Shown here piece after piece: positions 1-13,989 of a stretch of DNA of 64,000 nucleotides (its first letter is position 1; each line of letters starts with the position of its first letter). The position numbers and the translations under genes are program-made. Source of the stretch: Octopus vulgaris (Eukaryota); NCBI GenBank assembly GCA_951406725.2, contig OX597834.1, positions 27,404,001 to 27,468,000 on the forward strand. Reading direction: 5' to 3'. The notes below the pieces were generated by a model. It was not told the origin of the DNA and made no database searches. It saw only the letters and a list, made by a program, of their open reading frames with translations.

Positions 1-150
1 GAAAAACTGACGGACCGCAGCAATACGCATGTGCGTTTGAGAGAGGAATATGCTGAATAAAATCATAATTAACTGAATCCTCCTCTATTTTGTCTTACTC
101 AAAGCCAGGAACTTTTAAGTGTAACCTCAGTATATATATGTATGTGTGTA

Positions 151-181
<31 letters not shown>

Positions 182-182
<1 letters not shown>

Positions 183-585
183 CTCTTTTACTCTTTTACT
201 CTTTTACTTGTTTCAGTCATTTGACTGCGGCCATGCTGGAGCACCGCCTTTAATCGAGCAACTCGACCACGGGACTTATTCTTTTTGTAAGCCCAGTACT
301 TATTCTATCGGTCTCTTTTGCCGAACTGCTAAGTAACGGGGACATAAACACACCAGCATCGGTTGTCAAGCAATGCTAGGGGGACAAACACACACGCGCA
401 TATATATATATACATATATACGACGGGCTTCTTTTCAGTTTCCGTCTATCAAATCCACTCACAAGGCTTTGGTCGGCCCGAGGCTATAGTAGGAGACACT
501 TGACCAAGTTGCCACGCAGTGGGACTGAACCCAGAACCATGCGGTTGGTAAACAAGCTACTTACCACACAGCCACTCCTGCGCCT
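182..585 (-). mobile_element. SINE family B, full length (tRNA-like head, internal (TA)/(TG) linker, GTAAAAGA-repeat tail)
   Basis: Minus strand begins GGCGCAGGAGTGGCTGTGTGGTAAG (A box), has a B box GGTTCAGTCCC and ends in (GTAAAAGA)n. Near-identical copies at 43935, 55000, 56840 and 61945. Confidence 0.9.
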
Positions 586-1019
586 ATATATATATATATA
601 TTTAAAAGTAAAAATATATATAGTAAGTGCACAAACTAAAAACAGGCATAGAATAGCAAGATAAAAAGTATAAATTAAATCCATAGACGAACGGAAACAG
701 ACAGAGAAGGTCCCCACTTCCTCATCAGTTATCGACCAGAGGGTCCTGACACAATTTCTTGTCTGTAACGATAATATTACTTCCCAGCTAGCGGCACCTG
801 CAAGAGTTGCAGAGAATATGAACCGAGAACAGACTAACAGTACATGGATACAAGCGATACAGAAGTGGGCAAACGAAAATGAATACATGTAATTCAAAGG
901 CAGACCTCTAATGAACAGACGAGGGACAAAAACTAAATAAACAAAAAACAAACAAACAGAATGCAGCCTTAAGGCCAGGTGAAAAACGAAAGGGTAACGC
1001 ATAGACAGTATGTATGCAG

Positions 1020-1180
1020 ATACACCTTGTCCTGGATATGACTTTAACTGCATCTTGTATTAGAACCCTGGTTTGGGAATTCCAGGATTTTGAGAAGTGT
1101 GGTGCCACATCTTAGCCACTGTTGTCCCCAGGTCTACTCTGACGCCGAGTAGTAGCATCTATCAGAGTCCCAGCCTAAGG
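1020..1180 (-). repeat. diverged old interspersed repeat fragment
   Basis: Minus strand GTCAGAGTAGACCTGGGGAC...GATGCAGTTAAAGTCATATCCAGGACA resembles a dispersed octopus repeat as I recall it. Only one copy in this window. Confidence 0.35.
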
Positions 1181-1377
1181 TTAATTAGCAATGTTATGTC
1201 TTGCTTACCTATGCATGTAATGACTGAGTATGGAAGTCCGGTGGACTTCATGATTAAACGGAGAGTAAGGCTGCTGCTGCTGCTGCAGTGCATTATGGAG
1301 TGCAGTGAGTAAGAGGAGACAAATAAGACACCTTGGTCACTGCATCGGTCTCCATCATCAGTCGTCTCGACCCGGTG

Positions 1378-1693
1378 TTGTTGTTTGTTGTTAGTTCCTT
1401 CTCGAGCCATTCCTGGCTCATAAGGGCCGGTTTCCCGGTTTCTTGGCATATAGGTTCCCCATCTGGACGGGACGCCGGTCCGTCGCAGGTGAGCTGCAAG
1501 ATGCAGGAGGAAAGAGTGAGAGAAAGTTGTGGCGAAAGAGTCAGCAGAAGTTCGCCACTATCTTCTGCCGGAGCCACGTTGAGCTTAGGTGTTTTCGCTC
1601 TTAAAAACACACATATCGCCCGGTCTGAGATTCGAACCCGTGATCCCTTGACTACAAGTTCGCTGCTCTAACCACTAGGCCATGTGCCTCCAC
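1378..1693 (-). mobile_element. SINE family C, tail variant 2 (tRNA-Arg-like head; possibly octopus OR-type)
   Basis: Head GTGGAGGCACATGGCCTAGTGGTTAGAGC...GGTTCGAATCTC, (AAC)-rich tail. Matches 14902-15203. Confidence 0.85.
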
Positions 1694-2149
1694 CTCGACG
1701 CGGACTTGAGTGCGGTTGACACTGCGCAGATCTTCACTTAAAACAACGCTAACCAGTACGTCGTCAATCATCTTTAGAGATGACCAAATGGTCTTCGGTC
1801 CATACCACGGACACACATATACACACACATGAATAACACTTATACTACCTAACTAGACACCAATGATTCTTCTTCATAGTCACACAACCTGTTAGAAATA
1901 ACACAAAATTCCCTCTCTGAAATCATGGGAGTGGGGCGAATTAGCTGAGGCGCTGGAACGTCGGATACAATGCTTCGCAGTATACATTCGGTCCCTTTGT
2001 ATTCTGAGCTCAAATCCTACGACAATTATCTGGAAGAAAGGGTTACAATATTAATCAGCTGGGACTCGTGTACAGCAAAATAAACTAGACCAACTTGAAA
2101 TGAAGAACCCTAAACACACACACACACAGAGGCACAAAAGAAAGCAACA

Positions 2150-2226
2150 CGTTGGCTGGGCAAGGATTCGAACCCACCGTCTTATGACCATGAGTTCAAA
2201 CCTCCTAACCACTTGGCCAAACGCCC
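2150..2226 (-). mobile_element. isolated tRNA-derived SINE head
   Basis: Minus strand TGGCCAAGTGG (A box) ... GGTTCGAATCC (B box). No intact acceptor stem. Confidence 0.55.
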
Positions 2227-2499
2227 ACGTAACTCTAAACCACACAACTAAGTGCCTGTGTCCTCGTCTATATTTACATAAGACTTCTTAAGTGAACGGA
2301 TTAGCAAGTGATTGATGGCTTTCATCCTATCCCCACGCCAGCCTCCTCATCCTACTGCTGCTGCTGTTACCACTACTACAACCACCATCACCACCACCAT
2401 TACTACTACTACTACCACTACTACTACTACTACTACTTCCTACTTCATAATCAGCCACTGGTGAAATGCTGCAATGGAGGAACGGTGTTGTGGCAATGG

Positions 2500-2700
2500 T
2501 GTTTGTTTAACTTTAAGTTCAAGCCTGATTGTGCAAACCTATGATCAAAAGAATTCCATCCGTGACCATCCAATGTTTTTCCTATGAGAAGTGGAACCAA
2601 CGGCTGCTTTATCAAAAGTGTACATTTCTAAGACAGCAAATTGTGAAGTATGATATGGTGTTTAGGCTGCTGTTTCCAGGACGTCGAGCGGCATATTAGA
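2500..2700 (+). repeat. old dispersed repeat family E (diverged); related pieces near 5900-6160, 7590-7685, 11000-11250, 42060-42290, 51060-51245, 62400-62600
   Basis: Shared motif TGATC...AGACCTATGATCAAAGG..TTCCAGCC.TGACCATC ... TTTGGCTGCTATTTCTAGCA recurs in both orientations. Confidence 0.6.
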
Positions 2701-3513
2701 CGTTTGCTTGTTTTGCGTATTGGGCTGATGGTGGTGGTGATGGTTTGGATGGTGGTGGTTTGTTAAGGGTGTTGATGGTGTTGACGGTGATTGTATTTCT
2801 AAGCATAATATAGGTGGTGGTGGTGGTGGTTTCGGTAAGGATGGTTGTGGCTCTGGTTGTGGTGGTTGTGATAGTGGTTGTGATAATGGTATGGATTATT
2901 ACTAGCGTTGGTGTTGGTTGCGTTGACATAGATAATCCTTTCTTGTATAGGGAAGACCCCGAAATTTAGGGAAAGAGGGACAATCGATTATATCGACCCC
3001 AGTACGCAACTGGTTCTTATTTTATCGATTGCAAAATCATGAAGGGCATGACGAAACGCGTTTTTGCATTTTTCCCGTCGTGCTCACGATCCTACAAAAT
3101 CGCTACCTTTAGGTTGGCAGAGATAAGGATGGTCCTAATGGTATTGTCTCTCGCTCTCTCAGTCTCTCCCCTTCTCTCTCTCTCTCTCTCTCGTGTCGTT
3201 GCTCGATGCGGCTGGGGTTTTCCCAGGTTATCGGTCCCAGCGGCATCATCGTGTGTGGGTTCGATCAGGCCCAGTAGTGCCCACCGTAGCTGGTGGTCTT
3301 CTCTGCATCTAATGGTTGTGACAATGAGGAGTGATATATTTAATGCGTTTTCTCTTAAACAAACGTTGTTGACTTGTATTTTCATGGGATTAGATCTTGA
3401 AGTGCAATTTTGCCGTTTACATACATTTACTTCACTACTCACACACACACACACACACATACACACACACATGATATATATTATATATGTGTGTATGTGT
3501 AAATATATACATA

Positions 3514-3549
<36 letters not shown>

Positions 3550-3699
3550 TGATATAATATAATACAATCACCGCAATTATGTGGATGGTGTGTGTATAAA
3601 TATACGTGTGCGAGTGTGTGTGTGTGTGTACACACATACACACATACTTAAATATACATACATACATACACGCACAGACATACATATATACATATATAC

Positions 3700-3756
<57 letters not shown>

Positions 3757-3853
3757 CATATATATACATATATATATGCATATATATACACACATCTATA
3801 CATGTACATATATACACACATATACATACACATGTGCATAAAAACAATATATA

Positions 3854-3895
<42 letters not shown>

Positions 3896-3984
3896 ATATA
3901 CATTCATACATATGTGTGTGTGTGTATGTGTTTCTGTGTGTGCATGTCCTTTGTTACTTGCCGAACACTGAAACACCAAAGTTC

Positions 3985-4031
<47 letters not shown>

Positions 4032-4910
4032 GTGTGTGTTTCTCAGAAACAGGCAACAGACGTTAGATGACGGAACTAAGTCGTACAATAACCAAACACC
4101 AAGATAATCTTAACGCGCGCACACATACACACACACACAGACACACACACACACACACAATCACGCACGCACGCACGTATGCACGGACGTCTGCCGACGG
4201 CCTTCGTTGTAAGCAACACTAAGCATGCCTCTACCGTGCCTTCTGGAGCTTTTGTCTTCGTGAGCATGCGCTCTGACGGCCAGAGAGTTAAAGTTATATA
4301 TCATGAACATTTTTGTTTCGTTTTGTTGCCGTATCGGTTTGTGGTTGTTGTTGTTGCTGTTGTCGTTATTGATTTTGCAATTATTTATGTTGTTGTAGAT
4401 GGTTTTGGCCGTGTGTTTTTGCTGGGTTTTGCGCGGCGTTAGGGGCCGGGTTGTTTGTTGTTGAACTGTTTTATCTTGTTCGATGGACCACAGTCGGGGT
4501 TAGACTCTTGGACAGATGCAAATTTAAAATGTCAACGTAGCACATCTGGCGACAAGACAGCCAGAGAGAGAGGGGGGTAGGGAGAGGGGAAAGGGTGTAG
4601 GAGAGAAAGAGAAGCACAGGGAAGAAGATGAAGAGAGAAAGACAGATAGGAATAGAGTGAGAGAGGGAGAACGAAAGAAAGAGAGAAAAACTTTTTAGTA
4701 TAGAAGAGGTAATAGGAAGAGAGCGGAATGTGTTGGGGATAGATACAGAGATAACTGGAGAGAGAGAAAGAGAGAGAGAGAGAGAGAAAGAGAGGCAGAC
4801 ATACATAGGGAAGAGACAGTCTGCGAGGAAGCATATTGGTTGATACTGGTGAACTGGTAAGTCGTGAAAACTAGCACTTAAATAATAGAGAGGAGCCGAG
4901 TCGAGGGAGC

Positions 4911-4964
<54 letters not shown>

Positions 4965-4989
4965 CAATAGTAGTAGTAGTAGTAGTAGC

Positions 4990-5106
<117 letters not shown>

Positions 5107-5165
5107 TGAAGAAATGGAATGAAATTAATTATAAAACATCTGGAAAGAAAGAAAGAGAGTGAGTT

Positions 5166-5210
<45 letters not shown>

Positions 5211-5699
5211 AAACTCCGACGAACAAAAATGAGATAGAGTGAGACCGCAATAACACCAACAGCAACAACAACAACAAAAACAAAATACAAAGAGATAAAA
5301 ACGACAACAGTGAGTAAACAACCAGGAACAACAATGATGATGAAAAGATTAATAATCATGAAAGCTGATATTATTTGGCGTATGACCGGCACGTGTGTAA
5401 TAATGTGATATTTTCATTGTCCAACCCAACGCCGCCATTTTAGATATATACATAATGTATATATAAGTGTATACACGAACGTATGTATGCATATATTTAT
5501 GTATTTATGTACGTATGCATATGCAGACATATTTTTTTCTTTTACTGCTCCTCTCAAACCAAGCAATAATATCATAGCAGGCACCATTAGGCGGCCACTT
5601 TGCTTTTTTTATTTGCTATTGTTGTTTGTGCTCATTTTTTACAAGACGTGTTAAGGGAGGCCAGTTATAGCGTACGTATGTATGTACATATGTGTGTCT

Positions 5700-5809
<110 letters not shown>

Positions 5810-6156
5810 GGGCGTGGTGAAAATGGACAGTCCTACCACTAACGCCGCCACCGTTGCTGCAGCAGCAGCAACAACAACGCCATCAACAGACAAACGGCTA
5901 AATACACGCCATATAATAACATAAGATAACGAGGTCCAACATATTTCGATCTTCGAAATGGTCATGGCTGGAGCGTCTTCAATTATAGGACTGCTTCGTT
6001 AGAGCTGATCTGGACCAAATTTTAGGCACGATTCATTGTATGTTCATTTGTGTAAATTCGAATATGACCATCACCGTTTGCCCAATGATAAAACGTCTTG
6101 GCCTAATAAACAGATTCTTGATGATCACCCGTCTTGCTAGAAAAGGTAACCAAATC

Positions 6157-6750
6157 CCTATTTTTTTACTACCCTCAAGGGGCTAAACACAGAGAGGACA
6201 AACAAGGACAGACAAATGGATTAAGTCGATTACATCGACCCCAGTGCGTAACTGGTACTTAATTTATCGACTCCGAAAAGATGAAAGGCAAAATCGACCT
6301 CGGCGGAATTTGAACTCAGAACGTAACGGCAAACGAAATACGTATTTCTTTATTACCCACAAGGGGCTAAACATAGATGGGACAAACAAGGACAGACATA
6401 GGTATTAAGTCGATTACATCGATCCCAGTGCGTAACTGGTACTTAATTTATCGACCCCGAAAAGATGAAAGGCAAAGCGGTGGAATTTGAACTCAGAACG
6501 TAACGGCAGACGAAATACGTATTTCTTTATTACCCACAAGGGGCTAAACACAGAAGGGACAAACAAGGACAGACATAGGTATTAAGTCGATTACATCGAC
6601 CCCAGTGCGTAACTGGTACTTAATTTATCGATCCCGAAAGGTTGAAAGGCAAAGTCGACCTCGGCGGAATTTGAACTCAGAACGTAGCGGCAGACGAAAT
6701 ACGGCTACGCATTTCGCCCGGCGTGCTAACGTTTCTGCCAGCTCACCGCC
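6157..6750 (-). mobile_element. SINE family A (Meta-domain-like), one head plus three tandem body/tail units
   Basis: CCCAGTGCGTAACTGG recurs at about 6240, 6424 and 6601. Central GCCTTTCATC(C/T)TTTCGGGGTCGATAAATTAAGTACCAG resembles the MetaSINE domain. Confidence 0.9.
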
Positions 6751-7093
6751 ATTCAAATTATACTTGTCTTAAGAATTTGGAAGGACTCATCGTATAAGGT
6801 AAAGTGAGAACGATAAACTGCGTTTGAGAGGATGGTCAAGGCTGGAATGCCTCTGGTTATATGTTTCGTGCATTAAGATTGGATTATATGTATATCTGAT
6901 CAAATCTTATCTTTGAGAATAATATGTGGGTTAAAGATGTGCTTAGATCATGTTGGGAAGGTAAGGGTATGGAAGTCGCGGATGGAATGCAATTTATCAT
7001 AAATCTCGAGCAGAGCTGACCTGGGGCTAAAATAACATACACTGTCACACAGAACTGGCTCAATTACGCGCGTGCGTGCAGACCCACACACAG

Positions 7094-7146
<53 letters not shown>

Positions 7147-7298
7147 TACACAATATCAAACCCACGCATGCTTACAAATATATATATATATATATACAAA
7201 GCCAAATATACAGTCATATACATACAGAAACACACATAATGCACTCATACACACACACGCATACATACACACACACGCGCAAGCACACACTCATATAC

Positions 7299-7343
<45 letters not shown>

Positions 7344-8168
7344 AATATACACATATACATATATAAAGAAATATAAACATATACATACACGTAGAGAAAC
7401 ATCTACGCACACACATATACACAGGTACAGAAGCACACACATACACAAACATATACACACACACATAAGCACAAACATACACACACAGAGAAAATGTCAA
7501 ATTGAAAAATATAGACATAAAATAAATCCATTAAAATTTTGTTTACATATTTCCTGTCATATTGGTTTGTTGTAACAATTATAGTCTTGTTGTTTTTGTT
7601 GTTTAATCCTAGGTGAACCTTGACCTCTAGCAGACCTCTAGAATATCAAAGGTATTCTAGCCGTGGCCATCACTTCTCTTTTTAGGGCAAATGAAAAAGA
7701 AAAAAACAGCAAAACAAAGAAATATAATGAAGTGTATAGATTTTTTTAAAGGTTTTACACCTCAATAGAGAACTAGAAAGATCGACGTTTCAGACAGAAG
7801 TCCTTAGATGAAGAAATAGAAACGAGAAAGAAAGAAAAAATATACTTTGGAAAAAAATTACTGAACTTGATGTAACATAAGACGAATTCTTAAAAATTCA
7901 CCTTGAAACCTATATGCGAACCTGGGCTTACTTTAAACCAGTTTTGTCTCTGACGATCACTACTGCAGGCTAATTTTATTCCAGACGGTCTCCATATTAA
8001 TGATAATCGTTTCTACTACGTGATCAGGGTCTGGAATTTGAGGGGAAGGTGCTAGTCGATTGTATCGACCGCAGTGATCATTTGGTATTTATTTCATCGA
8101 CCCCGAAAAGATGGATGGCAAGCCGACCTCAACAGAATTTAAACTCAGAACACAAAGATAGCATATGT

Positions 8169-8216
<48 letters not shown>

Positions 8217-8344
8217 TATTAAATTAGAGATGAAACCACTATTAGGCAAATCATACAATGAAAAACTTAAGCCAATACATAAGATTAATTCATTTATATT
8301 ATTTTAAATATATATCAAAATTATTAAAAAAAGATAATGAGTAT

Positions 8345-8411
8345 AACACCACGATCGTTTCATGGCTGTCCAATTCGTAATAATTCGAGTTACAGTCAAT
8401 CTTCAGGTGAT
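8345..8411 (-). ncRNA. degenerate minimal hammerhead ribozyme in a TA-flanked PLE-like fragment
   Basis: CAC-CUGAAGA-UUGACUGU...ACAGCCAU-GAAAC-GAUC-GU-G-GUG. Palindromic stem III, but G at the cleavage position. Confidence 0.55.
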
Positions 8412-8659
8412 TGAAATATCTAAAATATAATCAGAAATATTTAAACAATATTTTTAAGATATAAATAATATATATAATATAATAATTTTACTTATAATAA
8501 ACTCTATTATCAAACTAGAAACATGGAACTTAACAATTATGATTATATCAAAATCGACTATAATGTTAAATATTAATTTTAATTTATAAGGTATTTATAT
8601 ATATATATGCGTTTATATATATATATATACGTCTATATATATATATACGTTTATATATT

Positions 8660-8760
8660 TGTTTTGCAAGATTTTTTATGTGAAATCGTGTATTGAAACA
8701 GACATTGTTATATTTAGGAATGGTCATTTGGCTAAACTGGCAAAATGACCATTCCTAAAT

Positions 8761-8766
<6 letters not shown>
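8660..8766. mobile_element. TA-embedded fragment with short fold-back (same family as 23800-24255 and 44790-45080)
   Basis: Arms 8706-8732 and 8740-8766 are inverted. Sequence is shared with the other two copies. Confidence 0.65.
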
Positions 8767-8826
<60 letters not shown>

Positions 8827-9270
8827 ATCCAAACATGAACAAAGAGAAAATACAGCAACGCCAGGACGTGGAACAAGTATAGTGTTATTGGTCTTGGAAT
8901 AATAACAGAGCGTCGGATATAATGTTTTGCCTTATTTGACTCAGATAACGTTCTGAGTTCAAATTTCGCTGCTGTAAACTTCGGCTTTATACTTTCCGGG
9001 GTTGACAAAATGAGGTACATGTCAAGCACTGGGGTCAATGGTAACGGCCAACCATCGCATTTCAAATTCACCGGCCTTCTGTCAAAATTAGCGACAATTT
9101 TCATAATTCCTTTCAAAATGTTGCAAGCCTTTTGTTGAAGCCCATCCCACCGACTCAGCTTCCGACCAGTCATCGATCTGTACATTCATATCTTCAGGTC
9201 ATTAACATCACCATTTATCCAATCAATGAGCCGTCTGCTTGTCTAATGCACCATCCGTTCATTCCTCTAC

Positions 9271-9342
<72 letters not shown>

Positions 9343-10807
9343 GACGCCTCTAACCAGCCTCTCAATTTCTTCTTTCTTTTCCCGCCACCACGACCTCTAC
9401 CACAACTCATCTGGTCCCTGCTGTCGATTATCTCGGTGACCATTCACGTCTACTGCCCCCCACCCTTTCTGTTTTCCTCATTCTTACACTCTCTCTCTCT
9501 CTCTCTCTCCTTATCCCGCCCTCACGAGCCACACCCTAACCCATCCGTAACCTCAATGTTATTCATGCGTAATATCGAAATGAAACGTGTGGTCGCTGCT
9601 GCCAACCAAACCTGTCCCCGACCCCATACCACAAAATCATCTCCACCACCACCACCACCACCACCACCACCACCATCCAATAAACATCTACCAATAATTG
9701 ATGTTTGATCTATTAATACCACCCTCCTCGACCACCCACATCTCTTCTCAGCAATATCTTCTCACTCCACCTCCCTTCTAACACTCAAATACAACCCTCT
9801 CACCAACACCCAATTCTATACTCCACTCCACTCCATCTCTCCTTAACACTCTACTATCAATCCCCCTCCTCTCAACGCTATACTCCACTCCAACTCCCTG
9901 CAACACCCACCTCCGACCACCACTCATTCATTTATCATATTCCATTGTAAAGCTTAATGTAAACACGTCGTTTTATTTGAAGTTCGGGGTTTGGACGATG
10001 GTGGTGGTGGTTGCGGTGGTGGTGGTGGTCGTCGTGGTTGCGGTGGTGGTGGTGGTGGTGGAGAATGGTGTTGGTGATTAGTTTAATAATGGTGGTGACA
10101 ATATTTATGGTAGCGGCTGTGGCGGTTGTGGTGATGGTTGCGATGGTAGAAATTTAGGTGATAGTGGTGGTGATAATTGGTGGGTCTTGATGGTAAGGAC
10201 CGATGGTTGTAGGGGTCATGACGATGGTATGGTGTTGGTGATGTTGACCCTGATTGTACTCACCTTAGAGGTAGTGGCGATGGCGACGGCGGTGGCTTTG
10301 GTGGTAGTGGTGTTTGTGGTTGTGGTGGTGTTTGTGGTATTGGTTGTTGTTGTGTTTGCGGCGGCGGCGGCGGTGGTGGTGGTAGTGTTTTTCCTGAAGG
10401 ATGTTACTTGTGTTTATGGTGTTGGTGCGTGTAGCTGTGGTTGTGGCGGTGGTAGTGGTGGTAGTGGTGGTGGTAGCACTTGTGGCGGTGGTAGTAATGA
10501 TATTAATGACGTTTAGCAAGAGTTGGGAGAGTCGGCAGAGAGAGGTAATCGATATTATTGGCTCCAGACAGTTTAAGTTTGTTGCCAATCAATCAATCAT
10601 CGCATGGAGGTCATCTCGTTATTGTTGTTGTTGTTGTTGTTAAATGTCATTATTGCTGTTGTTGTTATTGTGGTAGCTGTGGTTGTTTCTGCCGTTGTTG
10701 TTGTTGTTGTTTTGTGATTGGAGGTTATGGTAGCACTGTTATCGGTGATGTTCTTGTCTATGATATTGACAGTGGCAGTGTTCAGCCCTAGGTTAGTCCA
10801 TGGTTGC

Positions 10808-10998
10808 GGAGGCGCAATGGCCCAGTGGTTAGGGCAGCGGACTCGCGGTCGTAGGGTCGCGGTTTCGATTCCCAGACCGGGCGTTGTGAGTGTTTATTGA
10901 GCGAAAACACCTAAAAGCTCCACGAGGCTCCGGCAGGGGATGGTGGTGATCCCTGCTGTACTCTTTCACCACAACTTTCTCTCACTCTTACTTCCTGC
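10808..10998 (+). mobile_element. SINE family C, 3'-truncated
   Basis: GGAGGCGCAATGGCCCAGTGGTTAGGGCAGCGGACTCGCGG head near-identical to the 18736 copy. Confidence 0.85.
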
Positions 10999-11427
10999 TC
11001 AAGTTCGTCCCTGATCAAGCAGATTTATGATCAAAGGTGTCCCAACCATGACAATCCCATCTTTTATTTGGACACAATGAATCGAAGACTACATCATCCA
11101 ATGAATAAACGACATTCCAGCTGTAACCATCTCGTCGGATTTTATATTTCAGACATACTGTATCTTGTACAACATTATACCTCTTTTACTGAGAGAAACG
11201 GGATGTAACTTGAAGGTGATTTGGCTGTTGTTTCTAGCAAACGGGATGGCCACAACTGGAATATTATTAGACATAAGGCTGCTTGTTCCGAATTTTCCCG
11301 CGGCTAAAGAACAACAACTTTATCCAGAATATGAAATGGTGAAGTACTGGAAGTGAACCAAACGAGACATTGCATCGAGCTCTTGGGTTACCGAGATAAA
11401 GTAAGAGAAATAGAGTAAGAGAGCAAT

Positions 11428-11462
<35 letters not shown>

Positions 11463-11539
11463 AAGAGAGAATAAGAGAAAGGGAGAGCACGAAATAGAGG
11501 AAGAGAGAGAAAGAGCAATAGAGCGAGAACAATATATAT

Positions 11540-11770
11540 ATATCTTTACTGTCCACAAGAGGCTGAACATAGAGGGGACAAACATAGACAGACAAACGGA
11601 TTAAGTCGATTACATCGCCCCCAGTGCGAAACTGGTACTTTATTTATCGACCCCGAAAGGATGAAAAGCAAAGTCGACCTGGGGGGAATTTGAACTCAGA
11701 ACGTAATGGCAGATGAAATACCGGTAAACATTTCGCCCGGCGCGCTAACGTTTCTGCCAGCTCGCCGCCT
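11540..11770 (-). mobile_element. SINE family A
   Basis: Reverse complement of GGCGGCGAGCTGGCAGAAACGTTAGC...GAGTTCAAATTCC...Meta-like domain. Confidence 0.9.
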
Positions 11771-11801
11771 GTGAGATATATATATATATATACATATATA
11801 C

Positions 11802-11832
<31 letters not shown>

Positions 11833-11875
11833 CATACATATATATATATATACATATATATATACATATATATAT

Positions 11876-11946
<71 letters not shown>

Positions 11947-11949
11947 CAT

Positions 11950-11988
<39 letters not shown>

Positions 11989-11989
11989 A

Positions 11990-12420
11990 AGCAATACAAA
12001 ACCATTTTAATAACCCAGTTTCTCAATTTGTCTTAAAGATGGGTTTCGTAAAAAAACAATATAAAATTCTTAAAATTAACTTATGACCAGCATCTTTCCT
12101 CATGTCTCTTGGAACTTACATCCACATCTTTATGAGTAGATTTATCTTCTCTGAGATGTTAATAATCAATTTAAAAACTTTGTATTGTTGGAAAACATAT
12201 ATAGTCTCCTTGGAATCTTACTTCAAATTCATGGAACTCACTCCTATAACTTCGTAAGGACATTTGCACTCTCTAAGATGTTTGGAAAACCTAAATGTGA
12301 TTTAGCTGATGAATACTTGACATTATATTTGCTGTAATATTTGCAGCTTTAAATAAAATGTTTATAGTATGAAACAATTGTACTAAACTACCGATCCATT
12401 CTTGTTGCTTTTTTCTTGGT

Positions 12421-12493
<73 letters not shown>

Positions 12494-12630
12494 GCACCTC
12501 TCTATATGCTTTTCGTTTAAATATATTCGAAAAAAAGCCATACAAAACCATTTAATAACCCAGTTTCTCAATTTGTCTTAAAGATGGGTTTCGTAAAAAA
12601 CAATATAAAATTCTTAAAATTAACTTATGA
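11990..12630 (+). mobile_element. Penelope-like element remnant: ~92-bp direct repeat (about 11992-12087 and 12540-12630) bracketing a hammerhead
   Basis: Direct repeat visible in the sequence; embedded in (TA)n/(GA)n; HHR at 12301. Confidence 0.55.
12301..12387 (+). ncRNA. type I hammerhead ribozyme, apparently intact core
   Basis: Stem I UUUAG/CUAAA; CUGAUGA; stem II AUACU/AGUAU extended by ACAUU/AAUGU and GCUGUAA/UUGCAGC; GAAA; palindromic stem III ACAAUUGU; GUA triplet with predicted cut after 12382. Confidence 0.8.
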
Positions 12631-13035
12631 TTGCTTTCGTTTTTCTTACGAGGTTCTGTGTGTGGGATGAGTGAGAGGGAGAGAGAACGCGCGCGCGCGC
12701 GTGTGTGTGTGTGTGTGTGTGTGTGGTGACTATATCTTTTTTTCTTTGTCTTAAATCTAAATTAAATGTAAATAATTTTGAAGATTTCACCTTTTTTCTG
12801 TCTGTCGTAAGATGACATCAGTTAAATGTCAAAGTATGGCGACTTTGATCTAGTTTTTGTTTTTTTCTTTTTCTTCAGTTTTTTTTTATCTTTTTATCTT
12901 CCGTTTTGTTTAAGCGACGACAATCCAAATATGACTTTATTTAAGAACTAGTTTAACAAATCTTTCATCTGTAATGACATTAATAGGCGCATACACACAT
13001 ACACACTTGCACACACATACACACACTTCTTTTAT

Positions 13036-13348
<313 letters not shown>

Positions 13349-13599
13349 TGACGGTGGGACCTGACATAATCGTTAACACACCGGAGAAAATGGTTAGCGG
13401 CATTTCGTCCGTCTTCACGTTCTGAGTTCAAATTCCGCCGCGATTGGCTACGCCTTCCATCCTTCCGGAGCCGATAAAATAAGAACCTGTTGAGTACTGG
13501 TGTCGATGTGATCAACTAGTCCCCTTCCCCAAAATTTCGGGCCTTGTGTCTTTAGTAAAAGGGATTCATATTCTGAGGTTACGCCTGTGATTTAAAAAG

Positions 13600-13870
13600 G
13601 TAATATAAAAGGAGAAAGGGGCTCTCTACCCCCCTTTTGACCAGGCTCCCGTTGGCTTTTCTGTTTATTTTTCCACCAGAAAACTTTCATAACGCCTCCC
13701 CCTATTGGGAGTTTTTCGTTGTTACAATTTTAGATTGTTACACTGTTTTTACACAGTTTTTTACAAACGGACAAAACCCTTTGTAACCTTTCGTCCTGTT
13801 TTGTCCCCTTTTTGTTATAATTAATTTTTGTCAGCCCTTGTGGCCAATAAAAGAATTAATTATTATTATT
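13600..13870 (+). mobile_element. possible LINE 3' UTR remnant
   Basis: T-rich segment ending GCCCTTGTGGCCAATAAAAGAA followed by an (ATT)n tail. No coding part seen. Confidence 0.35.
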
Positions 13871-13989
13871 GGCTGCATCGTTGGCATGCCAGACCAAATG
13901 GTCAGCGGTATTTTGTCCATCTTTATATTCGGTGGTCCAGCTCGGTGGGGTTATCCATGTAATCTACTAGCCCCCTACCCCAAAATGTC

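Noticed and set aside
2150-2226. Possible tRNA genes here and at the SINE C heads
   Set aside because: A and B boxes are present but there is no closed cloverleaf; the family C heads continue into SINE body.
3092-4107. Long ORFs rich in YI/CV/HT, and similar ones throughout (e.g. 16789-18527, 29939-30772, 37697-38530)
   Set aside because: They are translations of stop-free microsatellites with no domain content.
3405-4225. miR-92-like (AATTGCAC) and miR-124-like (AAGGCAC) seeds on the minus strand
   Set aside because: Only 7-8 nt matches; the mature sequences diverge and no precursor hairpin was seen.
7614-7626. DR1-like TGAACCTTGACCT
   Set aside because: It lies inside a decayed family E repeat and is probably incidental.
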